Shown here one piece after another: positions 48,701-61,800 of a stretch of 64,000 bases of DNA. The stretch spans positions 20,770,001 to 20,834,000 of the forward strand of contig OZ004609.1 in NCBI GenBank assembly GCA_963924565.1. Reading direction: 5' to 3'. Source of the stretch: Ascidiella aspersa. Taxonomy: Eukaryota. A model generated the notes under the pieces. It was not told where the DNA came from, ran no database searches, and saw only the letters and a program-made list of their open reading frames with translations. The position numbers and the translations under genes were made by a program. The stretch's first letter is position 1. Every line of letters begins with the position of its first letter.

Positions 48701-51700
48701 ATCCGTCCCTGGAAATAGTGTTTCTGATACAACCGAACATGTAGAAACTCGTCCTTGTTTTCGCTTAGCCTATGTATTTTAAGGAAAATAAGCCGCGGGC
48801 CGGATTAAATTGCTTGGCTGACCGTATGTTGCCCAGGTCCGCGTAAGAAACAAATAAGTTTTTTTGCTGTTGTTGGTTGTAGTTTACTGGAAACACTGGT
48901 ATTTTAAACCGGTCAAAGAAAGTGGGGATGTCGAACCGGAAGCGGAAAGCGGGGCCACAATCCAGGTAAAGAGGGAACTCGTTTGCCCCCTCCCTGTACC
49001 CCCTGACGTCACCAGCATGCCCAACGTCACCTGGTACAAAGACGCCGTTCCTGTAAGTCTCCCAAATAATTCGAGGCCAACTTTAATTAACATTGCGGAC
49101 AAAAACGTCTCAAAAAATGTTCGTTTGAGTCCATGATAATTTATACTTAATAAGTAAAGATTTCAGCATTTTCATAGATTTTCACTTCAGTTTGTTTGTG
49201 ACAACTGTGTTGTAGTTATCCGATATATTCAGCCTATTCAGTGTTTAGTTTTTTATAGCTTGAAACTAACAGCCTTGGTTATCTGGCTAAGTATCCCCAT
49301 TTTGTGAAGTAGTCGAGTTAATATATATTATCGGAAATTTTGCGTTTTTGAAAATATGTATTGTAATTAGTTTTTCTAAAGTTTATAAAAATGAATTAAT
49401 AAATTTGCCTCTATAATGCACGTTATTACTCGTCATCACGAATAGCAGACATTTGGTGGCTAATGAAAGTGCGATCTAAATTTATTACCCCAAAATAACT
49501 TAACAGAAGATTACCATTCGCCTAATTAATTGTTATTTGTTAATAGATTAAAAAGAGTTCTCTCTTTGGCTTAAAAACGGAAGTTAGTGCTGCTCTAGTA
49601 CAATTCCGTCTCAGTTTACTGCCGACCAGCGACGGGTCTAAGAAGCAATCCGGAGTATATTCGTGTCTCGTCGAAGACGAATACACGCATTGGCTACTGG
49701 CAAATCACGTGGTAGAAGTCATCAACCAGGGTAAGTGTATCAGTCCGGGTAGCTCTAAAACCAGTTTCAAAATTCGTAATTATAATGAAACTAAAACAGT
49801 TCTCTATTCTTGTTTCCTAGATGGCCTGCTTCAAAATGATCTCGACTTTTGATATTTATAATGTCCTAAAACTAAATGGGATGATAGCTTCAACGATTAC
49901 CCACTCAACCGGCATTATAGCAAACGTTTGGCATTTGTGTACAGTTTTATCCGGGGCAAGAGTTATGTTATTTTTTAGGGAGGCAACACAGCTTAAGGCA
50001 TGCAAATTATTGCACCGTCTTATAACTTAAATTACCTATACCTTTATAGATTTTTCGCATTGCCAATCTAATAGAAGTTGTTTATTCGAAGTTCTAAACT
50101 GCCGACAGCCACTATGCCTTAAGCATCAATGAACTGCGTTTAGATTTATTCCTAGTATATTTACGTATATTCACCTATTGTATTTAATGGTAGCAGAAAC
50201 AATGTAGCCTGTTTTTTTAAACGTGGAAGACACGTGTTGTAGTACAGGGGTTACCCAACCGCCGCTCGTCACAAAGTTTTACGCGGCTTTTATTAAGTTT
50301 GACAGCGTAATGGCATTTCTTGAGACGTCCTGCAGCGTGAATAAAATTCTTTTAAATCTACCCCAATATGGTTAGTATACAACATCTAATAAATCTAGCT
50401 GAGCAAAGGTATTTGTGTAAGTGTGAAAGAAACGGCAAAATTCATTTCCGCCCATATGTAAGGCACAGCTCTTTTGTTAACCAAGTAAAAAAAATATATT
50501 TTGTTAAATTCTTTAAGTGTGGTGGGTTTTTGCGTATCTCCAAACCAAGCTTTTTGAACGTCGTGAACTGCCTTGGAAGTTTTTTCAACTACACTCAAAT
50601 GCGGCAATTGCACCTTTTTCAGATATGTTTGAAGTTGGCATGATGGCAGGCGTTGTGAACTACATCAGCACCAAGGCTGGAGTATCAAAGATGACTGCCA
50701 TATATATCGCCCTCGGTTCGGTAGCGGGTGTTTGCCTCTTTGTCATGTCTATTTGCAGCGCAATAAACTGGTAAGTTTGTGGCCTACGTTGCCTATTCAT
50801 GCGAACCGTCTTTAAATTATATCCGGTGTCGCGTTGTTTTTGTTTTGTTCGTAAATATTGCTGGATGGCCGATGCTTGACACTTTAATCCGACACCGACC
50901 CCGGATCTTTTGAACAAAAAGTATCGAGCTCCGATCCAATACCATTGAAGTTTTTGCTATGCTCAAAAATTTTTTCCAGTTAATTACGTTAATATTTGCT
51001 TGTTGCTGCATTAGATAGCAATCCAACTTCAAAATACCTATATTAATTTGATATCGGATCCAATCCCACTGCAATATCGGAAGAGTACCGATACTACCAC
51101 TTGGCATTGGGTATCGACTCTCAGATATTATCGGACATTCCTACTGGTGGCAAAATACAATAAACCTTATTATTTGTCAATTATTTTGATATATTTAATA
51201 AAAAGAAAATGTGTGAAAACTGGTCACACCGTGTTGATTTTGGAAAAAAGTCTTTATTTAAATATTTTCTGGCTATTGTCATGTAACATGGTAATTGTGG
51301 GCTTTAAAATGGAGATGACAAATGCAACTTATTTCATTATAGTTCGATTTACCTAGGGTGTCTAATTACGATTTTTCGGAAACGTTTTTTTTTCAATTTA
51401 AAATAACTAATGCTATAAATTATTCTAGGGTTTAGTACATTATTATAAAATGTAAAATTTGTGGATTTCAGGTACAATTACAAAATGGCGAAATCGAAGA
51501 AAAACAAAAGAAAAAAACATAAGAACAAAGAATATCAAAAGTTATTAAAGAATACACAAGACGAAAACACTACAGGCCATCATAGTTTACGGTAGATTTA
51601 AAATATAAATTGCTTAAAAAATATATTTATGGCATCTCAACTGTGTTCTAATTTTTTTATATATAAGTCTGACATTTGGATATTTGCTTGAGGTACATTT

Positions 51701-54555
51701 GTTCAAGCTTATTTTAAATTGTAATCAACGAAATATTTTCATATGTTGGCCCTGTTTGTTCAAAACTATTACGATGGTGATTTATTAACGACTTGTGAAA
51801 TGTATAAGATCAACATGTATTCGTTATGTTTTGTTTTATCCTTGACATGAAAAAGCTCATTAAATAGACTCAAATGGTAAGCAGATTTTCACCGCTACAT
51901 TTGAGATAGTGGCATTATGTAAGTTGAAGTCCTAAAAAAAACGTTTAAAAAATATACATAACGGAAGTTTTAAAAAATATTAAAGGATTTATCTCTATCA
52001 ATTTCAACAGGTGATTGATTTAACAAGGTGTCGGTTTAAACTAAAAATAAAATATATAGAAATATCAGAGGATCGTTTTCTTTACTTTTCAAGTAACAAA
52101 AAAATTCCGTCGAGGGATAGAGACGAAGAAAAGGACAAGTATTCGTCCAGTAAGAAACACAAGCACGGAGAACGTAAATCGTACGAAGCAAGACTTAATG
52201 GAGACAAGCACAGGCACAGGCAGCACCGCGTCCACGGACACCGCAGTAGGTTGGTATGGGTAGGCAATTCATTTTACAATTGTGATTTATTTTCATCGAG
52301 CGTAGGGTAAACACAGATTACCAGCAACCTTGGGACATTTTTTGCTTCGTTGTCTAACAAATGCCAGAAACAGCTAGAAAATTAAAACAATGCCAAACGC
52401 ACCTATAGCAGTTTTGCGTCAACATTCTTTGGGAAACCGGATAAATAAAAAAAGTGTATGTTACGAACTCTTTATAGTAGTCGTAAAAAACACTTTGTGT
52501 TCTTTCGCATTCTTACAGTCCCAGTAAATAATAAAAAATCTCTGCTCTTTTGGTAAATCGACCGCTCCTTGACATCATTTGTTTAAATTTAAGCCATCGT
52601 GTCCAATCATTATGTTCCATACCGTCAAAGGCTACGTGCTTTCACTTTTAGTTAAACAGAACAGTGCACAAGTAGTAGAAAATAAAATTGATTGTGTACT
52701 GGTTGCCAGCAAGGCCTTCTCAATGTTTCCTTCGTGACCCCCTCGTAAACTCCCCATATCCCCCAAGGTAAGCTCTATACAAAGTTTTAACACCCTTTCT
52801 TATGCTATCCCAAATAATATATTGCGAATTCCGTTCTAGGTGGCTTCCAAAAACATTGTTGGTTCAGTTTAAAATTGGACAAAATGTGAATTTATTAGAG
52901 CGAAACACCCTATACTCAGTTGGTAGAGCTACGATCCCCGTATGGCCGGAGGTCGTGAGTTCGAACCTTACTGCAGGCTCGACTGATTCGGTTAGTCTGT
53001 GATGGTTTCCGGTGCACTATGATACGTAAGCCGTTATCTTTTTTCAAAAGCGACTTTGGAAGGGCTAGATCACAGTTGTTGTACACGCGTGTGTGTCAGT
53101 TTTGATTTTGTACTGCGTCTCTTTCCAAACATGCGTAAATACAATGCCTTATTTGCACTTGTGGCGATAGCCACAAACGGGCAGCTGAAGAAGCACCGTT
53201 GCTCGAGACAAACGTCACAGCAGAGGAGGCAATGCCGTCAAACGAACTTTCCCCGCGGCGGATGTCGAGTGTGGTTCCTGGCCAGAGAAGAAGATCGAAC
53301 CCGTTTAGCAGAAGTGTTTCTCATAAAAAGAGCGGCACTGGCAGCGGGTCCGGAACATCGCGAAGTAGAGACATGAAGTTGGCTCCTAGGGAGAGGTAAG
53401 TTTGTTGGTTGAATTGGTGTGGCTTGACTTCAATACGTCTCTTAGAGTTCATTTTACAAAAAATTGACAATGTTTTACAAAAAAAAATGATGCTTAATGA
53501 AACAATTTGTTTTTGAATTTTAACTAATAGTGTCGTAGTAGTGTCAATAGACATAGAGTAGCAGAATTGAAAAAGAGCAGTGTTGACTCGATATAGTCTT
53601 TTGGGCAAATGACTTAACTTGACTAAGTCTTTTAGACAAATGACTTGGGTTGGAATAAGTGTTTTCATTAGGCAATTTTTCGTAAAATTGGGTTATTTAT
53701 CCTAATTTTTGAACATAAAACAATTTGATGGCCCTCTTGTGCCTTTTTGGTATTTTTTAGTTAAGGTATTGCTCATATTCGGACGAGTTTACCCAATTTT
53801 AATAGCTTAACGTTTAATTTCTATGACAAGGACTTGACTTGAAATTGACTTGCTTTAATCATGACTTCACTTGGACAGTTATATTACAAATGACTTAACT
53901 GAGACTTAATTCATTTCGAAATGACTTGTTTACAACACTTAACAGAAGTATAAATACCACCTTTGAATGTTCTGAACAAATTTATTAATTTTAACATCTT
54001 GTTAAACACATTCTTCCTACTTGTGACGTTGGTTTTTCCTTCTACAGATCTTGATTTATTCCACTGTTTTAAACAACTACATTATGGAGTTAGCTGCACA
54101 AGCGTGGCATAGCTCATTAAAACCATTCTATCGAAGAGAAAGCTGAGTGCAGCTAAATGCATTATACACACAGACACATGCCTGTAATCTATTAGGCGTT
54201 AGCAGCCGCAAGTCCAACAAGACCGGGTGTTTTCAACCCCTTTCTCGGTCCGTCAATATATCAGTTAATTAGATCAATATATCAGTAAAAATTAGAAACA
54301 AAAAAACTTTCTTTAAGCCTTCGTTTGGCCTTTGCAGACCTGACCATTTGAGGTTATTTTTAGCAAATATAGGTGCAACGCAGTTTTGTTGTACAAAAGG
54401 AATGCTTGTTCAGGTCTTCGCAACCTGGCCCGAGTAGCGGCTTCATGGCGCGCTTATTGGGACTCCACCACTCATCCGACGAATCCTTTCTCTCATGTGG
54501 TTCATCAGACGAACCAGACGAAGTGGACTTGTACGAAGATCGATTGTTCGCATGA
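36787..54555 (+). CDS. Type I membrane protein: signal peptide, degenerate Gla-like domain, 3x TSP1, 2x laminin G, Ig, TM, basic cytoplasmic tail; 20 exons, about 1155 aa
   Basis: Phase-consistent GT-AG exons: 36787-36919, 37306-37469, 39870-39921, 40903-41073, 42675-42857, 43328-43498, 44032-44396, 44893-45199, 45647-45821, 46327-46484, 46731-46884, 47417-47531, 47943-48117, 48883-49052, 49547-49730, 50623-50770, 51472-51591, 52094-52249, 53171-53395, 54414-54555 (3468 nt). Three TSP1 WxxWxxWxxC...TCG...RxRxC repeats on phase 1-1 exons. LamG motifs LHVFLRSRPLLAAG / GHWNNIRV / FRGYVSELQVN and LEITFKPTRADGILVW / RHWNKLTL / LLVGG / GFHGYIFSL. Ig motifs LVC...VTWYKD...SGVYSCLV. TM IYIALGSVAGVCLFVMSICSAI. 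Confidence 0.85.
41960..42160. repeat. Degenerate about 110-bp tandem duplication (intronic)
   Basis: AATCCATTTGGCGTTTCATTTCATAACAGTAAAAATAA at about 42007 versus AATCCATATGGAGTCTCATTTCATAATAGTAAAAACAA at about 42117. Confidence 0.6.
46932..47317. mobile_element. hAT-like MITE rich in GACTT repeats (copy 1)
   Basis: Ends CAGTGTTGTAA / TTACAACACTA; flanks TTATTCAC / CGATTCAC (6/8); many GACTTG units; homologous to 53578-53940. Confidence 0.75.
48317..48711. mobile_element. hAT-like MITE with GAGTC/GACTC repeats (older copy)
   Basis: Starts CGGGGCTGCGGAGTC; internal sequence collinear with 56519-56891 (shared GTTGGAAAATATTCCACCATATGCTATT). Confidence 0.75.
50860..51143. mobile_element. Degenerate MITE with CCGATA/TATCGG repeats
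   Basis: Ends GGATGGCCGAT / ATCGGACATTCCTA; repeated CCGATA-like units. Confidence 0.5.
52905..53040 (+). mobile_element. tRNA-derived SINE fragment
   Basis: A box-like TACTCAGTTGGTAGAGC and B box GAGTTCGAACC (52957-52967) at tRNA spacing, with no acceptor or anticodon stems; followed by a non-tRNA body. Confidence 0.6.
53578..53940. mobile_element. hAT-like MITE rich in GACTT repeats (copy 2)
   Basis: CAGTGTTG ... TTTACAACACT ends; collinear with 46932-47317. Confidence 0.7.
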
Positions 54556-55857
54556 ATGTAGGATAGGTGATAAAAGTTTGGCCATTGCAAATGCCAAAGG
54601 TCGTAAAATGTATTTTCCCTTTCGACATAGTTTTATACTTGTCGTGTTTAATAAATTTGCTTTTTATGAATAAAAAACGTCCACAAGGTTTGTTGACTTT
54701 CGCGGTTATTTCACTTTATTTAAGAATCGATTTTTCATGTTTTAATATTGCTCATTTTATATTTAAGTAGCACAGCAGTCATTCTTCGACCATGCGATCT
54801 TTTTATCTAGTTGGCAAACTTTTTTATTTTTGGTAGACCGTAAAAAACCCGATTTATAAGTACCTTGATAATGCGTAAAAGCAAAGACTATTCACTGAAA
54901 AGGCTTGCAAAATACTTAAACAGACGATTTTCAAGTGACTTTTGCTTTAACACAGTCTCTCTATCTTTCTGAGTGCTTTTTAAGCCTACGACAGATGGAG
55001 CAATATACAAACATTTATAAGAGATTGCCATCTTCAAAGGTATAAATTTAAATCTCAACTTATTGATGTTACTGCTCTGTTTCACTTCCTGGTTATTACC
55101 GTCGCTATATTATATGTGAAACCAAACTCGCGAAATGTGTTTATTTTGAAAATAGGGACGCAAGCACCAAATGACAATATTTGGCGAGTGACAACAAGTA
55201 GAAAAAGAGATAGCAGGAAACGACAAAACGCATATCGATTTGCGCTTCTTTGGTCTGTTCAAATCGTCATTAAAAGTAAAAGTAACTAAATTTGGAACTG
55301 CTAATAATATGGCCTGAAATAATCCCATCGTTTTTCATACCACTAGCCACATGCAAAAACACGATTTTAAGCGCCATTTAGTAATGTTACATACAATCCT
55401 TAAGTAATTTAGGTAAAATCAGGACAGAAATATATTGTATTTCTTAGGCTTGTAGGCTGCAAAGACAAATATGGTATTCCTTATACACTGCAAGACATTA
55501 CGAAGATCGCTGTCTGAATTGAACTAGCCGGCATACGAATTTAGTTGTACGATTTACGTTTAAACTTTAGATTAGAAGATGAGTTATTGGGTCACCTTGT
55601 TTAACACATTAAGTTTTTGATATGGAATAAAATCGCTTTTAGCAGAGACTTAGAATAAACGTTTAGACAGGTTTCAAATCACTGCGGAACAACGAATTGT
55701 CAGTGCCTTTTTCGTCCGAGTATATTACACAACAAAGATACAGCAAAATGTCGACTTCAAAAAACAACAGTTAAAACATAAAACTAGATTTAAAAAATCT
55801 CGAATTAAAACCGAGGGCAGTGAGCGTGTGTGTGTTGAAAGCGATGATTCCCCGCTT

Positions 55858-58800
55858 CTACCGGCGCCGGTCTCGGCTCCAGGACCTTCGCTCGCCGCGA
55901 TAATCGTCATCGTGACGTCGATGGGGCTGGCGTGACGACTCGTGATGGTGGCGTCGACTCCGACCAGAGGGAGACCTGACGTCATTAAGTTTTTTTACAT
56001 TATATTAGCTGAATTGTATTGATTAGGTTAAATTATTTAGTTCGGTGTGTTTCACGTAGCATAAACTGCATTTATATCAGTCAACAAATACTTGTTACAG
56101 TATTGTATTTTCAGAATTAAATCCTATAATTATTGTGATATTAGGAGCTTTTATGTGTTTTTTAGTTTGGACCACACTATTGCATTTTTTTCAAAGCTAA
56201 GTTGGTTGAATGCCGATTGTCTGCAAGAATCTGACATATTCTCATGAAATATGCGTTGAAATCCTAAAGAGATTAAAATACAGTCGTCGTACATATAAAA
56301 ATACGGCGTCGCATGCAAATTAATTGTTTCAAGCCCAACAAAGCAGCTTTGAAAAACAATGTGCGAATTTCTACGCCTTTACGACGATATACAGGGTGTC
56401 CATACAGTCTCTTTACAATTTAAAAAAATATTAAAAAGTGAAATGATGTTTTTATTGACACATTAAACACTTCTAAATATTTAATCAAAATTGAATTAAA
56501 AATATCATTACTTTATTTCAGGGCTGCGGAGTCGGTTAAAAATAACCCGAGTCCCGAGTCCGACTCCGGTCAAATGTGCGATTTTGTTGAGTCCCGACTC
56601 CGGCCCGGACTCTACAGCCTGTATTTCACCAATTTACGTAACTAAAATAACGTGGATATTCAGCAACCCACTAAAGGGGTGTCGTATAATTCATTCACTT
56701 AAAATACATGGTTGGAAAATATTCCACCATATGCTATTTCGCCTTTACAATTTCCATTTGGCGGCCGTTTCAGTTTTAAAATAGGGTACTGCTCATTTCG
56801 GACTCGGGACTCGGGTAGTTTTACGTGGTCTTACTCGAGTCCGACTCCGGCAAAAACAAACCGACTCCCCGAGTCCGACTCCGCAGTTCTGCTTTATTTA
56901 ATACACTTCTATATGGGCATCGAGCACCATTAGTTGCACGAAGCACATCTAAACGGTTAATTTAGAAACTTGGTATGAAACAATAAATTTTAGTGTCAAT
57001 AAAAAAATTATGAAATACCGATTAATATAAAACAAACCTCATTGCGATATCTCATCATTACATTTTTAATAATTTTTTAAATTGTAACAGAGACTCTATG
57101 GACACCCATTCTATTAGCCTTTTAGCAAAAAAATTAAATATACTAAACCAACCTCGATCGCCGGCCGCTCTTACGGTGCCTTCGGTCGTCGTGATGACCT
57201 TGACTGTCGAGACGACGTCTTCTGTGTCCGCTTTCCCGTGACGAAGTAGATGATGACGACATTGACCTTCGACGTCTTTAAAAAAACAACAATTTATTAT
57301 AATTATACAGTTGGGTTAGGATATACCTACAATACCCTTAGCAAATTTTGAAAAAGCAGTGAAAAGTACCTTTCATCTTTCTTTTTGTTTCGCTTTTCGT
57401 CGCCATCAGTTCTCCTAACGTCATCACCAGCGATTTCGCCGTGGTTGCTGTCCGGAGTGGAAGCGTACCTAAAATAGTCGGTTTAAATATTTTTGTTTAA
57501 AAGCAAAACTGTAAGACGAAAATTTCCAAACGATTTTCTGGCTAGTTTTTAAACTTAACTCAGCGTTTAGGCGCGAATTACCTTTTTGGGGACTCAAGTT
57601 TGTGCTACAATATAGTCGCTATGTTATAACAACTTACGCGACGAGGCTGACACCCTTTTCCTTTCGAACATCCGGAGTTTCTTCCACATCCGACTTTGTG
57701 GTGGAGTCCGGAAGCGGAGGCGGGGAGGAGGGCTGATCCTTCTTCACTGGCTGCTTCTGTAGCGACGACAGGAGGTTGGATGCTGCGGATGAAGAGTTTG
57801 CTGACATGTTGAGCACCGAAAGGATCGTCTGCAGAGGATTCTTGGGAGGTTCACTGGTGGTGGAGGACACGGGAGCAGGAGCCGGTGTTTCCTCCTTGGC
57901 TTGTTTCTGGGCTTGCGCCGCTGCTCGCCTCGCCATCCTCGGATCAACTCTCTGCTCCTGAAAATCAAATTCTCGGTGATTGACCATCTGGCCGGTAATT
58001 GGATTTTGGAGGAATCAATGGACTTACAAGCAGTTCAAAACAGAATTTGATAAAAAACTGTTAGAAACCCTTATTGTTGAACCAGGTCTTACGTGATAGA
58101 TAACTTTTACCAACTGTTTTACCCTGGGACACACTTACACCTTTCGTGCTTTCACTAAAAATTAAACTATTTGCTCAAGAAGTTTAGCAATTTTTCAAAC
58201 AGCCTTTGGGACCCCATTAACATACTTAAATGTTACCCTAAAAGAAGAGGTTCTCTACCAATGGGTCATTCTTGTACTAATATTTTAAAAAAACAAGGAT
58301 TTGCGCCTAAAAACTTAAAATCAGAGTACTTCGTATTGTTGTACAGGTATTTTTTATATTGTGTGAAATAAATATAATATATTCCTATTTATACTCACTT
58401 AGAATGTAGCGTGAGTAGTGAGTAAGCATATGCCTTAACCAGTAATAGTATACAAAGGACCGAAAATTTTTTTCGGTAACTTTATCGATAAGTAATTGAA
58501 ACCCCAATATAGTTAAAAAGGACTAGCTTTGGCGATTAACTTAGCTTCGCGTTCAACTTACCACAACAACCGCGGCCGATTGCTGCAAAGTTTCCTCGAC
58601 TTCAGCCAGCTTTGCCTTCTTCTCTTCCAATTCTCGTTGCATTCTCTCCAAGTAGGCCTGAGTGCATTCAACAGTGTGACTTGACTTTACTTTGCAAACA
58701 TTGATACCAAGTCAGCTCGTTATATATAATACACTATATATAATAAAACATTTAAGGTTAATTTAAACCGTTTTGTTTAAAAAAAGACAATCCAGAAACA

Positions 58801-61800
58801 GAAGTTTAAACACAAGTTGAATTTGAACATGTCTTAACTTTTTAGTTATCATTTTATTACTCCAAATCATATCAGTTAAAATAGAGCGTCTGGTTGAATA
58901 TTTTTGTTCTCTAACAATTGTATGACCAATGAATTGACAGTAGGAACGAGAGGAACAATTTTATTAAGTAAATTGTTTAGATTAAAACAAATCACAGCAT
59001 TTTAATGTTTAAGTCAGGTGTTCAAGTTACAATTTTTTACCTGTTTTTCGACGAGTTGGTCTACCTCGCTGGCGCTCTGCTTTTTTAGTAGTTCTTCCTC
59101 TTGTTCAGGATCGTAAGGAGCGTCATCCTCTGTTCCTTCCTCTTCCTTGTCGGCGAAAGCGGTTTCCGGGTCATATTCCTTTGCGCAAAAAATCTTTAAG
59201 TTTACGACATTTAAACCTGAAAAGGTGAAATTAGCCAAACATTTTGTAATTGCCAAACACCCTAACACTAATTAAAAATGACCAAACCCAACCTCTTCTT
59301 GTTCTGGGTCGTAAGGCTCGTCATCTGCTGCGTCGTCATGCTCACCGATCGTGTCCTCCGGATCGTAGTCACCTCCTTCGCCCTCGTTTTCGTCTTCTGT
59401 GCGACAAACGTGAACTATTTTATTAACAAGAAAGTATTCACATGCATAGAATACATCTCGCAGTAAAGAGATTCGAAGTACCAGGGTCCTGCAGTTAACT
59501 TTTACGATCCTGGTACTGCCCTGGTTAAACTATGAAATCTACTAAGTCTTAGAAAACATATTCGGAGCACAAAACTTACCGACGACTTGGGCACCTGGTG
59601 AATACGGCTGGTCGCCATTTTCTTGCTCCTAAAAACGCATAATAACAAGTTAGGCGACAAATCGTTATTAAACCAATTACTTGTTGCTCATCGAAGGTAA
59701 TTTTCACTTTGTTACTTAAAAGTAGAGACTAAGGTAAAATGTAGCACATGAAGCCGAAACGTTTCTAAATTGTCACCACCATATCGACAGTCTAAATCAG
59801 TGGTTCTTAACCTTTTTCATATGGTTACCCCCGATAAGAAAATGACGGAGTTCAATTACCCCTTTTCAGAAAATAACAAATTGCAGCTTTCACTAATTTG
59901 TAAAACAACACAAAGATGACATTTTACACTCACATGCCTGTTAAAAAAACTAAACAAGTCAATGGGAATAAATATAAATCGCTCTTCTGGTGTAAACGAA
60001 GTATAAACCGACGTTATTCAGGTTTAAAATCCCACAAATCAATCGAACCCAACCTCCAACCGGACGAAAAACAAGCCTTAAAAGAGCTCAAAAATAACAC
60101 AGGTTTGGTAATTCAACGGGCGGACAAAGGTAATGTTACAGTTGTTATGGATAAATCTGAGTACGATAATAAACTTCACAATATGTTGGCAGACAGGGAC
60201 ACTTACTGTCCTGTTACGGTTAATCCCACTAAAGGTATAGAAAAACAACTTAACAGGTACATGCAACGGCTGAAGAAAGAAGAGAAGGTGAACAACTACG
60301 AATGGAACCTTCTCAAAAGTTCCGATGCTACATCACCATTACTCTATGGGTTACCCAAAATACACAAACCGGAAATCCCGCTCAGGCCTATTGTTTCATT
60401 CATTGGGTCCCCCACGTATAACTTAGCTAAACGTATTTCTTTAATTTTATCCCCTCTTTTAGGTCAAACAGAATATCATGTTAAAAACTCGATTGGTTTC
60501 GTTGAAGAAATTACAAATTTTCAAATAAAAGAAGATGAAAGCATGGCCTCGTTCGACGTTGTCTCCCTGTTCACCAATGTCCCCGCTAACCTGGCTATAC
60601 AAGTAGCTAAAGAACGTCTTAACCAAGACAACACACTGGAAAACAGGACTAAGTTTAATATTAATGATATACTAGAAGGGTTAACTATATGCCTAGAATC
60701 TACATACCTTAAATTCAAAGGAAAACATTACAAACAGATATTTGGAACAGCTATGGGATCACCGGTTTCAGTAACTGTGGCAAACTTGGTTATGGAGGAC
60801 ATCGAACAACGGGCCATGAATTCATTCCATACCCCCCCCCCCCGCGAATCTGGCGAAGATACGTGGATGATACGTTTGTCATAATAAAAACAAACTTGAT
60901 ACAGCAGTTCCTGCACCACTTGAACAGCTTGGAACCTACCATTAAATTCACTATGGAAACAGAGAACAAATGCTCAATTTCATTCTTGGACTCATTAATC
61001 ACTCGTAACCGGTCAGGTAAATTATCTTCCAAGGTATTTAGAAAAGTAACACATTCAGATCGCTACTTGAATTTCAGATCTGACCACTCTTTACAACACA
61101 AACGCTCGGTTGTGAGTTCCCTGCTACACCGAGCTTCAAAACTTTGCAGTAACTATCAGGAAGGCAACGAAATTAAACATGTTAAGAAGGCCATGAGATT
61201 AAACGGATACCCCGACTGGTTGTCCAAACCTCGTAACAAAACCAACCATTTAACATCTAAACCAGAATCTAAAGGTCTGGCCATTATTCCCTACATTCCA
61301 GGTCTGGGAGAAAAATTAAAACGCATTTTGAAGGGCCACCACATCTCTACAGCTTTTAAACCAGCCAGAAAAATGGGAAATATTTTACCTTCAACTAAAG
61401 ATCCAGTCAAACCAGAAAAACGTCAAGGGGCTGTTTATGAGATTCCCTGTGGAGGTTGTTCAGCAACATACATAGGGGAAACTAAACGTTCCTTTCATAC
61501 CAGGAAACTCGAACACATGCGAGATGTCCGCCACGAAAAGGCATCCCGGTCAGCTCTGGCAGAGCATGCGGTTGAACTCCGACACGGAATTGATTGGGAT
61601 AACTGTAAAATTCTATACTGGGAACCGCACTATATTTATACGATTATGTTGCTACATTATAGGCGTAAAGCTAATCAATCTGCCATCATGCGCACCAATA
61701 TATGATGTGCATTATTGCGATTTAAATTGAACTGAACTTGCAATGTACCAGACTGCAGTCAGCCCCTCGGCCCTGTCATTCATAACCACTAATGGTTACT

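Noticed and set aside
52905-52985. Possible third tRNA gene
   Set aside because: A and B boxes present but no cloverleaf; treated as a SINE head.
59740-59770. ATGAAGCCGAAACGTT resembling a Penelope pLTR hammerhead
   Set aside because: No CTGANGA core, and it lies outside the hAT TSD.
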